From: Octopus vulgaris | Taxonomy: Eukaryota | Length of the DNA stretch: 64,000 nt | NCBI GenBank assembly: GCA_951406725.2 | Contig: OX597815.1 | Coordinates: 185,752,001-185,816,000, forward strand | Direction of reading: 5' to 3' | Shown: positions 51,191 through 63,654 of the stretch, in pieces | Numbering within the stretch: the stretch's first letter is position 1 | How the letters are laid out: every line of letters begins with the position of its first letter | Notes under the pieces: generated by a model | Database searches by the model: none | Seen by the model: the letters and a program-made list of their open reading frames with translations, nothing else | Told to the model about the DNA's origin: nothing | Translations under genes and position numbers: made by a program

Positions 51191-53807
51191 TCTAAGTGTG
51201 TTCAAAGTGTTGCAAGAGCCATCTCCTTCAGTCTGGAGAAACAAAATTTGGCAAGTCAGCTTATTTGATGTTTAGGAAAGATATACGAAAATTACTATGA
51301 CTTAGAACAGTTGTAACAGCCATTTCTGGAAAAGTGTGAAAACTTCTGGAATGCACCTCATACCACAGGAATTATCTTAGAATCCCAACAAATAAATCAG
51401 AAAGATCAAAGGATCAAGGGTCCTTTCTGAGTCATAGAATTAAAAGGCTAGTTTCTCAGATTCTGTAGTGTGTATATTCCCCACCCAGTGGGGGATGCTG
51501 GTCTGTTGTACAATTGCTCATTTTTGCCAACTCAGAGGATGGAGCATTATAAAAGGAAATGTTTGACTCAAAAGCACCACACATTGCCAGATCTAGGGAC
51601 TGAAACCACAATCTTACGATCATGAGTGTAACACCCTAACCAGTGAGCCATGCATTTGCTCACAAGAAATAAGTACCAGCTAAATATTGGAGACATTATA
51701 ATCAACAAAAGAACTTTTGAACGTTGGTACAAGTGTGGGGAGTCATAGGTTCAGGTGTGGTTGTGTGGTAAGAAGTTTGCTTTCCAACCACATGTTCTGG
51801 GTTCAGTCCTACTGCATGGCACCGTGAGCAAGTGTCTTCTTCTATAGCTTTGAGCTGACCAAAGACTTGCGAGCGAATTTGGTCAGTGGTAACAGAAAAA
51901 AACCTGTCATATATATGTGTGTGTGTGTGTGTCTGTGTCCCACCATCACTTGACAACCAGCATTGGAGTGTTCATATCTCCATAACTTAGCAGTTCAGCA
52001 ATAGACACTGATAGAATAAGTACCAGGCTTAAAAGAAGACAATATGTACTGGGCGTGGGTGGGTGGGGGGGTCAATTTGTTTGGCTAAAATACTTTAAGG
52101 CAGTGCCACAGCTTGGCTGCAGTCTAATGATTAAAACCACTAAAAGATATAAAAGACCGTGTCCCATGCATTGCTGGCCGTCCAGTCGCTTTAACCCATC
52201 GAAGAGCAAATGCACGAACAAAATAGAATAATGAAAAACCACATATTTTCCATGCAGATTGTTACTTTGTGTTACTTTGTATATCGTTCCTTCTAAAACA
52301 CACAAGATAGACAATTGATAAAACATTAACCAGTCACGGTATGCGGTAACAAAACATACTTACAGATAAAACCACAACGATTCCCATTGCTAACAAATAC
52401 GAATGGATGGATGGAAATGTGCTGTTGCTTTTAATGGAGCATTGGTTTATTGGTAGAGAAGTTCTCTCTTTGTAGTAGTAGTAGTAGTAGTATTAGTAGT
52501 AGTAGTAGTATGTCGACTCACTCTGCTGGAACTTCTCACCAGGCTATTCATTACATCTAGGAAACGGTGAATACTTAGGTGAAAGGAAAGCAAACCGATT
52601 CAATAAGTTAATCAAATTCTATGCTTCAGACTAGCCTCAGTAGGAGCCTCCGAGCAAATATATTTACTTTTTAAGGATAATGCTGTTAAATCACAATATC
52701 GTAGAAAAGAATAAGATCAACATTAATATATCTAATTGAAATCTCCTCCAATACAATACCCAACTGACTTGTATGTCTCTCTACACTATTCTAAAATGTT
52801 TGTACATAGTGGCTGCTGTTCAAAACGTGTGTGTTCGGTTATTATAGCTGTGTTCTTTGATACTGAAGCATTAGATATCTGCTGTTGGAAGATATTGTTC
52901 ATAATGCTACTTGAGGTGCTGATGGCTGTATTTCATTGATGTTATGCTTCCTATTGTACGAATTTAAAACCCTCATACTCACCACTCTTTTTCCCAAGAG
53001 TTGGCAAGGATTTTAGTTACATCATCATCATCATTGTTTAATATCCGATTTCCATGCTAGCATGGGTTGGACGATTTTGACTGAGGGCTGGCGAACCAGA
53101 CGGCCGCACCAGGCTCCAATCTTGATTTGGCAGAGTTTCTACAGCTGGATGACCTTCCTAATGCCAACCACTTCGAGAGTGTAGTACGTGCTTTTTACGT
53201 GCCATCGGCATGGGGGCCAGTCAGTTGGTACTGGCAATGACCTCGCTCGAATCTTTTTACACATGCCACCAGCACAGGTGCCAGTAAGGCGACGTTGGTA
53301 ATGTTACCACAATATTAATCTTTAATATATTGCAAAAAATATTTTTTATTTTTGATCACGCAAACCCTATCCCATTACACACCAATGTGATTCAGACTTG
53401 TTTCAGAATTGATGCCACTAAAGCTTTTCATTCAGATTAAAGCTAGACATTCACCAAACATAAATTCAAATTTTTGTGAAGGAGAAAAAAAAACAACTCC
53501 CAAGTCACTTACTTTCAAACAGACCCACACTTACATACCATGTAAGGTGTAGTGTCAATGTCCACACATGTGTGTGTACGTATATGCACAAATATATACA
53601 TACCTTTTTTCTTTTACTTGGTTCAATCGTTTGACTGTGGCCATGCTGAAGCAACACCTTTAGTTGAACAAATAAACCCCGAGGACTTATTGTTTGTAAG
53701 CTTAGTACTTATTTGATCAGTTTATTTTGGCGAACCATTAAGTGAAAGGAACATAAACACAACAGCATCAGTTGTCAAGCAATGGTGGGGGAAAACAGAC
53801 ACACAAG

Positions 53808-53865
<58 letters not shown>

Positions 53866-53899
53866 AAGTGTACGTATGCCACTATATATATATGTATGT

Positions 53900-53969
53900 A
53901 TACAAAATTTAGAGGACTGACCACTAAAAGGCTGTCCACTTTTAGTGGTCAGTCCTCTAAATTTTGTAT
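53900..53969. repeat. Perfect 31-bp inverted repeat with an 8-nt loop
   Basis: atacaaaatttagaggactgaccactaaaag gctgtcca cttttagtggtcagtcctctaaattttgtat. Confidence 0.92.
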
Positions 53970-54729
53970 GTAAAACAATTTTTAATCCTCGGATTTTTTA
54001 AAAATATACTAAGCCACTGATTTTAATTGATTAATATTAATTTCTACCCTTATTTAATTTTATATATATATACATATATATATACACACACACGATGGGA
54101 TTCTTTCAGTTTCTGTCTACCAAATCCACTCACGAGGCTTTGGTTGGTCCGAGGCTATAGTAGAAGACACTTGCCCAAGGTGCCACACAGTGGAACTGAA
54201 CCCAGAATCATGTGGTTTGTAAGCAAGCTACTTACCACACAGCCACTCTTGTGCCTATATGTATATCTTACTTGTTTCAGTTGTAAGACTGCTCCCATAC
54301 AAGGACGCCACCTTCAAGAATTTTAGCTGAACAAATTGACCCCAGTGCATTTTTTAAGCCTGATACCTATTCTATCAATCTCCTTTGCCAAACCACTAAG
54401 TTACTGGGATGTAAACACACCAACACCGGTTGTCAAGTGTCACACACATGTTTAGATTAATCGTGTATCATCTCATAGCTTCACCATTTTGAGGATGGGA
54501 TTGTTTATTGTAGGGTAGAATGAGAAACCAGTTCTGACTGGTTTCAACATAAACCAGTTAGGATATTTGAGCCATATATGCCTAGTTTAAATTCTAAAGG
54601 GTTAAATGGATATATGCATGTATATTTATATGAATTTGTATGTGTGTGTATATATATATATATATTTATTGTACGTACACTTTTAGTCTCCTGTATGTAG
54701 GTACATATGTATGTATGTATGTATATATA

Positions 54730-54930
54730 CTTTATTTAAAAGCAGCAGAAATATAACAAAAGCTGTTACTCAGAGTTTCACTTTCCCGTTCGTCGAACGA
54801 TCAGGAACGTGAAACTGAGTAACAGCTTTTGTTATATTTCTGCTGCTTTTAAATAAAGCATATTACTCTACCTCTGGTATTTGAGTAGTCTTTTTTCCAC
54901 CTTGTTTCACATTTATGTGCTTACTCCGGT
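54730..54930. mobile_element. Penelope-like fold-back with an HHR remnant
   Basis: Arms 54730-54781 and 54809-54858; the minus strand has cgacga...gaaactctgagtaacag; TA flanks. Confidence 0.7.
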
Positions 54931-54931
54931 G

Positions 54932-54970
<39 letters not shown>

Positions 54971-56132
54971 TCTGTATTCCTCTTTTAATCCTTCCTTTAG
55001 CCCCTATCACACTTTCTTCATTCCTTCCACTTTTTCTTTTTCTCACTCCCACCCTCTCTTGCATTTCTTGGCCTTCACTTCATTCTCATCACTTTCCTTC
55101 CTCTCTTACCTCACTCTGTCCCTTTCCTTTTTTTTCTCTCTTTCTTATCCCTCCCTAATTCTTCAATCCCTCTAACCCCAACCTCTCTCCTCTCCTTCCA
55201 TGGGACCAGTGTTCGGCCAAGCCTGACCTTTCTTTCTTGGTTCCACTACCATCCATGTAACATCTCTCATATTCCTCCCCATGACTTACATCCTCTATGT
55301 CCCTGCCATAAGGCTTCACTTCCACACGCCAGTCCATTTGTCTCACAGACACTGTTCAAATGGAAGTGACAGTTGTTCAAAGCACAAACAACAAAATGCC
55401 CCACTCTATGATTTCACATGCTGAGACCATTAGAATAAAGTGCCTTCACTGAAAACATGTAAGGGTTGACAAAGGAGGGCATCTGGGTCCAGAATGCTGC
55501 TTCAAATAGTCATGATCACAGCATCACAATGTTGGCCAGACCATCAGGTGTTGTTATACACTACTGATCACAATGCACTTTCAATTCTGTCTTGTTTCTT
55601 TCCATTCTTTTCCATTTTAACTTGAATTTTGTGACTAAATCATCTTCCCATCATCATGAAGGTTTTCCAAGGGAACTTTTCTGTCTGAGTTATGATCATA
55701 AAAAGAAAAATTCCTTATTACAATAGCAGCTAAGGTTGTCACCAATCTGTTGTTTTTCATAAAATACTATCTCAAATAGTATCCACCTGACTCATGCCAA
55801 CACTGTAAAAACAGATGTAAAAGAAATGAAGAAACTGAATGATATGCTACCATGTGTAGGAAGTGATTATTAGTGAGTGTAGGTGCAGGCGTGGCTGTGT
55901 GGCAAGAAGCTTGCTTCCCAACCACATGGTTCTGGGTTCAGTCCCATTGCATGGCAAGTGTCTTCTACTGTAGCCTCAAGCCAACCAAAGCCTTGTGAGT
56001 GGATTTGGTAGACAAAAACTGAAAGAAGACTGTCATATATATATATATATATATGTATGTATATATTGATAAAAATGGTAAGACAACAAAAGAATGAAAG
56101 AGACCTAGATATTATATAAATAGAGGCATTTA

Positions 56133-56413
56133 TCTGTAAATGTAATTTGTGACAATTATTCGGTAGCCATGATACAACTCAAAGTTTCGGATGCCAAGGT
56201 GGAAATCCACGCTGCCATCTCTTCAGTTATCCAGCCATCGGGAAAAATGCTATGAAAATGACTGTTATACAAAGGGAATAACAGTCATTTTCATAGCATT
56301 TTTCCTGATGGCCAGATAACTGAAGAGATGGCGGCATGAATTTCCACCCTGGCATCCAAAACTCAGAGTTTTATCGTGGCTACCGAATAATTGTCACATA
56401 TTACATTTACAGA
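56133..56413. mobile_element. Penelope-like fold-back with 136-bp arms and an HHR in each arm
   Basis: Arms 56133-56268 and 56278-56413. The motif gataa CTGAAGA gatg...catcc GAAAC n5 GTT (t/g)tatc occurs at 56171-56231(-) and 56315-56375(+, GAAA>AAAA). Confidence 0.8.
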
Positions 56414-56485
56414 ATGTGACCTCGTGTGTACCATTGGCGATTTTTTTCCTCTGTCTTCCCTTCTCTGGATCTTTCCTTCTCCTAT

Positions 56486-56520
56486 GTTTCCGACGAAGAG
56501 CTCCGCTCGAAACGTTAAAC
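56486..56520 (+). ncRNA. Minimal HHR, CCGACGA (U4C) core
   Basis: gttt CCGACGA a gagc tcc gctc GAAAC GTT aaac. Confidence 0.65.
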
Positions 56521-57612
56521 CCTCCTTCTTCCCTTCTTTCCTGAGCGTCCAATAATACTATATTTGTTCCACGTCCTCACGTGTTGTGTTTTTTGTGCTT
56601 TCTTGTTTGGATTAACTATATATATATATATATGTGTGTGTGTACGTATGTATGTGTATGTTTGTGTGTCTGTGTTTACGTCCCCATAACTTAGCAGTTC
56701 AGCTTAAGAGACCAATACAATAAGTATTAGGGTTACAAAGAATAAATCTTCAGCTTGATTTGTTCAACTAAATACGGTGCTCCATCATGGCCACAGTCAA
56801 GCGACTGAAACAAACAAAATAATAAAAGAATTAGGAAGATGAAAGCTTTCTTCATTCTGAGAACGTTGAGCTTATAACCCCAACCAAATGGTTGTGGTTA
56901 TTAATTTAAATGTCTTACAATACAATATTCAGTTGTGTACCTCTATAAGAATCAGTGTTGGAGTCATGCAAGCTTTATTTTTGCTTTGTGTCTTATCAGG
57001 ATAATAAATATCAATCATACTGTGAGGTTGATACAATCAGTTATACTCCACACACACAATCTTTGTCTTTCTTTTTATATTTCATCCTCACTTTGTGTTA
57101 AAGCCAAACTAAAGCTAATTCAAAATGAAATCAAAATAAACTAATATTGTCCAAATTTTCAGTATTCTTCTTCTTGTCATCACCATTATTGTTATTGGTG
57201 TTGTTGCTAGCAGTAGTCGCTGTGGAATTATCACTGCTGTTGTCATCATTGCTTAGCCTCAGGTCATCCCAGATCAAACAGACCTCTGATCAAAGTCATT
57301 CCAGCTGTGCTACTCTCACCATTTAACTTCAAACGAATATCCAGAACTATATCTCCCTGTGTGACCTCTTTTCCTTTATGATGGCAATATATGATTTAAG
57401 AAGATTTTTGGGTGTTATTTCTAGCATACTGAGTGAGCATGTGGAAGCTCCATTGTAAGCATAAAATAGATGGGAAAACCGAAAACATCATCAACTAGAT
57501 TCATACCATAAATCACGAAATCTTTACAAGTTCAAAATTCTACTGAGTTTAACTACTTTACATATCAACGTTTGTAGGGATAGCAGCTTGGATCTCTATA
57601 CAGTAGGGTGTA

Positions 57613-57651
<39 letters not shown>

Positions 57652-57653
<2 letters not shown>

Positions 57654-57879
57654 CTATGAGAGAGAATCCACTATGTGGACGCTCTTACGCTAGATATAGA
57701 TCTGCAAAGAGACTCAACCACTAAGAATTGTTCTCAAGAAATTATTTTTCATTTGTCCTGCTCGCTTACATTCATAGCATGCTAAATTATTTCTTGAGAA
57801 CAATTCTTAGTGGTTGAGTCCCTTTGCGTATCTACATCTAGCATAAGAGCGTCCACATAGTGGATTCTCTCTCATAGTT
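57652..57879. mobile_element. Fold-back insertion in (TA)n with no recognisable HHR
   Basis: Arms 57652-57747 and 57784-57879 are inverted copies with few mismatches. Confidence 0.8.
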
Positions 57880-57984
57880 GTGTATTAATAATATTTACTG
57901 AATCTCAGTCTTTTATATGCTAGGCCACTGGTGTTTAAATTGATGTTATTAAATTAATATCCAATTTTTTCACCCTCTTTTTGA

Positions 57985-58017
<33 letters not shown>

Positions 58018-58533
58018 CACGTAACATATGGCATAATTATAAACAGGGCAAATTTTTGCCATTTCTCTGCAGACTGAAAAAAAGGATGAACATCCTTAAT
58101 CAATTTTCAAACCTTACTGGGTTCTCATCAGAGACATCCACATCATTTTGACAATCTCCAGAGAAACAAGCAGCCAGACTGTTTATATACTCAACAATGA
58201 GAGAGCCTTTATATAGTTGTTAGACCTGCTGGAAATAGAAGCTAAATTGCTTGCCACTGCCTTAAAACAGAATATGTTGGATAATGTGGTTCTAGATTTT
58301 ATGAATATAGGTAAAAAAAAAAAAAATGGAATAGTCAAGGATTGAAACATATTCAGAAGAGGTTGTCTCTTCTGTATTTGCCAGAAGAAAATAATATCAG
58401 TCATTGACTGATATTTTTCTTCCTCAGAGCATAATTATTCCTAATCAGTATTTTAATGTTGCATTAAAAATGTTAATTCACAGCAGACAATTATTGGCCA
58501 TCAGCGATATAAACACAAGTACCTAAATACACC

Positions 58534-58670
58534 CACTAGCGTAGCTGGAGCGGGTGGAAGTAGTGGGGGACACTTTTGGGTCTGCTGTAGGCAACATGTG
58601 TTTTTTGTGGGGTCTGGGGTGGAAAACGAACGGGCCGCTCCAAGCAGCACACATCCTAGCTACACTACTG
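58534..58670. mobile_element. Short hAT-like MITE
   Basis: TIRs cactagcgtagctgg / ctagctacactactg; 8-bp flanks aatacacc / tatacacc. Confidence 0.7.
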
Positions 58671-58806
58671 TATACACCACAAGTCCATGCAAGAGGTCCT
58701 CTCATATTAACCACTAAAGTATTTTGTGTTCTAACACAGCATCCATTTAAATGAGTGATAAATACCACTGTTTGGTATTAATACTGTTGATATTAATTCC
58801 TTAAGT

Positions 58807-59224
58807 AAGGTGGTGAGCTGGCAGAAACAGTAGCACACCGGGCGAAATGCTTAGCAGTATTTCGTCTGCCGCTACGTTCTGAGTTCAAATTCCGTCGAGG
58901 TCGACTTTGCCTTTCATCCTTTCGGGGTTGATAAATTAAGTACCAGTTATGCACTGGGGTCGATATAATCGACTTAATCCATCTGTCTGTCCTTGTTTGT
59001 CTCCTCTGTGTTTAGCCCCTTATGGGTAGTAAAGAAATAGGTATTTCGTCTGCTACTACGTTCTGAGTTCAAATTCCGCCGAGGTCGACTTTGCCTTTCA
59101 TCCTTTCAGGGTCGATAAATTAAGTACCAGTTATGCACTGGGGTCGATATAATCGACTTAATCCGTCTGTCTGTCCTTGTTTGTCTCCTCTGTGTTTAGC
59201 CCCTTGTGAGTAGTAAAGAAATAG
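58807..59224 (+). mobile_element. SINE family B dimer
   Basis: Head plus two nearly identical ~185-bp units. Confidence 0.92.
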
Positions 59225-59510
59225 ATATTACATACTTATTAAGTATAAAGTTTGATTTGAACTAAGACTTTCTAAGAGAAAATGTTGTTTAAGTAATAGA
59301 TATTTATGAGAGGCTGTGCAAAAGCTGATAGGAAATACACAGATCTTGTATAACTTGTTATGTTTTCTTTTTATATTCTATTGATGAGTAACCCCCAATG
59401 AATTCTGTAAAGCAGAGCAAGGCCTCAGATGCTTTTAATCAATCACTTGTAGTTAAAACAGAGATGCATGATACTGGTTGTGTAGTCCTGTCTAGAATTT
59501 TCTTTTGCAT

Positions 59511-59707
59511 TCTCTTTTACTCTTTTATTTGTTTCAGTCATTTGACTGTGGCCATGCTGGAGCACTGCCTTTAGTCGAGCAAATCGATCCCAGAGCTTAT
59601 TCTTTGTAAGCCTAGTACTTATTCTATCAGTTTCTTTTGCCAAACTGCTAAGTTACTGAGATGTAAACACACCAGCATCAGAGACAAACACAGACACACA
59701 AACATAT

Positions 59708-59750
<43 letters not shown>

Positions 59751-59897
59751 GGGCTTCTTCCAGTTTCCATCTACCAAATCCTCTCACAAGGCTTTGGCTA
59801 TAGTAGAAGACACTTGCCCAAGGTGCAACGCAGTGGAACTGAACCCAGGAGCATGTGGTTGGTAAGCAAGCTACTTACCACACAGCCACTCCTGCAC
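59511..59897 (-). mobile_element. SINE family A
   Basis: Full-length with small deletions. Confidence 0.88.
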
Positions 59898-60739
59898 CCT
59901 TAATTCCATCATGTAAAGTTATACTCAATAGGTAACGGTTGCTCTGAGTTTTGGGAGGTTTATTATAAAAGATTAGCAATACTCAAAAGAGTTTCAGCTT
60001 AGGAATGAAATTTACTTTATGTCTAATTGATGAGTTTTGGGAATTTATCCTGTATCCATGGTAACATAGTTTGATGGTCTGTTATTGTTTGTGGAATAAA
60101 CAGTTGTTTTGCTTCCAGACCTCTTAAGTAATCAATTGTTGTATTGGTTATTGATCTTATGCATCATATGCTTTTCAGAATGAGGCACCACCACCATCAT
60201 CCTTCCCACTGCCACTTTTTCATGCTTGAACGGATTGGAAAAAGTTCATTGAAGCAAATCTTTTTATGGCTGGATGCCTTTCCTGTTGCCAATCTTCATC
60301 TTTTTCCAAGCAAGGTAATACTTCCCCAAGGCCAGACATGTCTTTGCAGAATATTGGAAAGGAAAAACCATCTATGACTATGACAATAATTTACAACTAT
60401 CACATGATATAACAACAAAGTGACACAAACACACACACATACAAGTATATTTTACATTCCACATACACACATGCACACACACACACACACACACACGATG
60501 AGCTCCTTTCAGTTTCTGTCTACCAAATCCACTCACAAAATTTTGGTTGGGCCAGAACTATAGTAGAAGATACTTGCCCAAGGTGCCACATAGTGGCACC
60601 TTGAGCAAGTATCTAATATTATATACACACATATATACACACATACATACACAAAAAAAAAATAGGAGATATCTATGGACAACTGCTTCGAAATCTCCAG
60701 CTTCTCTATCATGACAATGAATTTATACTCTTTCTCTTT

Positions 60740-61137
60740 CTCTTTTACTTGTTTCAGTCATTTGACTGTGGCCATGCTGGAGCACCGCCTTTAATCGAGC
60801 AACTCGACCCCGGGACTTATTCTTTGTAAGCCCAGTACTTATTCTATCAGTCTCTTTTTTGCCGAACCGCTAAGTGACGGGGACGTAAACACACCAGCAT
60901 CGGTTGTCAAGCGATGCTAGGGGGACAAACATAGACACACAAACACACACACATATATATATATGTACATATATACGACAGGCTTCTTTCAGTTTCTGTC
61001 TACCAAATCCACTCACAAGGCATTGGTCGGCCCGGGGCTATAGCAGAAGACACTTGCCCAAGATGCCACGCAGTGGGACTGAACCCGGAACCATGTGGTT
61101 GGTTAGCAAGCTACTTACCACACAGCCACTCCTGCGT
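60740..61137 (-). mobile_element. SINE family A (young copy)
   Basis: CpGs retained; full length. Confidence 0.92.
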
Positions 61138-61139
61138 CT

Positions 61140-61410
61140 CATACCATATACTCATACCAATAATAATTGGAGCTCTTGGTTTTGTTAGTCAATGCTTAAA
61201 GGAGAATCTGGATAAACTGGGATTTTCAGAAAAAGAAACTGTCCGGTTGATTCGTAGATTACAAGTGCAATCTGTAAGTGGAACAGTAAAAATATGCAAG
61301 ATTTTTCCCAAGTTCCAAATGTGAATTTGTCTGTGTTAACTACATCTCAAAGATGTATCTTTATTGGAGACCGGCTCCCTCCTAAGTGGAAAATTTATAA
61401 TAATTAAAAA
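61140..61410 (+). mobile_element. 3' end of an R4/Dong-type (restriction-like endonuclease) LINE
   Basis: LIPIIIGALGFVSQCLKENLDKLG...IRRLQVQSVSGTVKICK*, then a short UTR ending ataataattaaaaa. Confidence 0.7.
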
Positions 61411-62441
61411 TAGAAGAGACATACTAACATACATATAGTGTGTGTGTATGTGTGTGTGTACATATACACTTATTCAGACAGATAGAGAGAAAAACTAGTC
61501 TTATAAATGGACTTCTTAATGGAAAATCAAATTGAAAATAATTTAATGCCATTGATGCTGGTTAAATAAAATAATGTCTGAGGATTTCATTTCATTAAAT
61601 GGCAATTGTATTGATAGACAGGACTTTGTTCTTCATGACTTATATTTAATGAATGCCAATCAATAATCAATGTTAATCTCTGTTCACAATAATTTCCCAC
61701 TATCGTAATGTATTGAACCAATTTCTCGTGGCAGGCTGACATTTCACAGTTCCCTTTATTCTTCAATATATCTATGGTGATGCATTCAACAAAAAACCAA
61801 ACACTGAGTTGAAAAATTTCCTGGCTGGGATGTTCACTTGCATATCTTTGGATAGGAAGAAACCATAATTATGTGTGCAGCTGCTGCTACTGAAGATGAA
61901 CATCATTATTATCATGAGTATAAATTATTAAAACACTGCCAGCGCCGCCTTGACTGGATTCTGTACCGGTGGCATGTAAAAAGCACCAACCGATCGTGGC
62001 TGCTGCCAGCCTCCCCTGGCACCTGTGCCACGTAAAAAGCACCCACTACACTCATGGAGTGGTTGGCATTAGGAAGGACATCCAGCTGTAGAAGCACTGC
62101 CAGATCAGACTGGAGCCTGGTGCAGCCTCCTGGCTTCCCAGACCCCGGTTGAACCATCCAACCTGTGCTAGCAAAGAAAACGGATGTTAAACGATGATGA
62201 TGATACTGGTTATTTCATGGTGTGTTTGAAATAAAAGAAAATAATAACTGTATATGCAAACATTCATATATTACTCTAAATATATACGAGTAGGTGTATC
62301 TTGTGGTTTAAGCTCTCATTGGACCCAATGATTGAGAGAGAAACCTAACAGAACCATGGTGCAGAACTGTATTGATAATCGTTCGGAATTCTCAGTAATT
62401 TTCGGTCAGCCATTGCAAGAACCATGAATCACATCTGTTTT

Positions 62442-62674
62442 GGGCAGTGAGCTGGCAGAATCATTAGCATGCTGGGCAAAATGCTTAGCGGTATTTCGTC
62501 TGTCTTTACGTTCTGAGTTCAAATTCCACCAAGGTCGACTTTGCCTTTCATCCTTTCGGGGTCGATAAATTAAGTACCAGTTACGCACTGGGGTCGCTGA
62601 AATTGACTTAATCCGTTTGTCTGTCCTTGTTTGTCCCCTTTATGTTTAGCCCCTTGTGGGCAATAAAGAAATAA
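62442..62674 (+). mobile_element. SINE family B monomer
   Basis: 16-bp TSD gaatcacatctgtttt (62426-62441 / 62675-62690). Confidence 0.93.
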
Positions 62675-62854
62675 GAATCACATCTGTTTTTCATCTCTTC
62701 TTGCTGATGAGAAACATTTGTAAGCTTAAAAAGAACCCTTAAAAGCATCCTTAATGACTATGTGCATACACCCACACACTTTTGTATTGACTAAGACAAT
62801 CCTTAACATCATATAGGATTTGAGAATAGCTTAATGGAATTTTGAGACAATACT

Positions 62855-63200
62855 CATCATCATCGTCATCATCCAGTGTTTTAAATCCAGGTTTTGTCCC
62901 CGTTAATGGGGGTGGCCTGATCTACCTAAATGCCATAGCAACTGAGGTAGGCAGGTGCAGCCCACTCCAACCTTTGGGCTGGTTGGCTGGTGGCCATTCT
63001 CCTTTGCTATCATGAGGCTTTTTTGGAGCTGGATTTTCTCCGGGGAGGATGTCCTTGCTTATCCCCAATCTCAGTTTCTAGACAGGAGTGGTCCCAAGAC
63101 CAAGGCCTCAAACACGATTTGTAAGAAATGTGGTTGAAAACTAGCTCAGGAAGGCAAGGACGCTACTCCCTGAGACCCCTTTCGGAGCCCCACTACCTAA
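62855..63200 (-). mobile_element. Unclassified retroposon 3' segment
   Basis: GC-richer block ending in (gat)n on the minus strand, with aaggacatcc resembling the family C core. Confidence 0.35.
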
Positions 63201-63618
63201 TACTCAAACATAAAAATGATAGGGAGGCATAGAGATGAGAGTTAAGACAACTTAATTCTCTATAAAATCATATTTTTAAAAACATGTGCTAACAACTCAC
63301 CAGTATTACTAAATCATTCAGGATGAAAAGAATCAGAAAATCTTGTAAGGTTCATAGACATGAGAAGATTTAGATTTCATAAAAAGAGTAATATCAAAAT
63401 ACAGATTAAACACAAACTCAGTCATGTCTGCAATACATACATACACACACAAATACACATACATACATACATACATACATACATACATACACACACATAC
63501 ATACATATATATATATATAACGGGAAGCTTTATGAAAATAGACAAAAGACGAAGGCAGGTGGGAAACAAACAAACAATTGTATTAGTATGTGGCTCAGGA
63601 AATATAAATAAAACAAGT

Positions 63619-63654
63619 CTTTAACGTTTCGAGCCTACGCTCTTCAACAGAAAG
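63619..63654 (-). ncRNA. Minimal HHR-like motif, CUGUUGA (A6U) core
   Basis: Minus strand: cttt CTGTTGA a gagc gtag gctc GAAAC GTT aaag, in an insert abutting (TA)n at 63519. Confidence 0.6.

Larger units (their letters stand above)
55881..56820 (+). mobile_element. SINE family A with Penelope-like inserts in its TA tract
   Basis: Head at 55881-56035 and tail at 56660-56820. Confidence 0.8.

Noticed and set aside
62704-62725. ctgatga gaaac attt gta
   Set aside because: It has no stem II and no convincing stem I.
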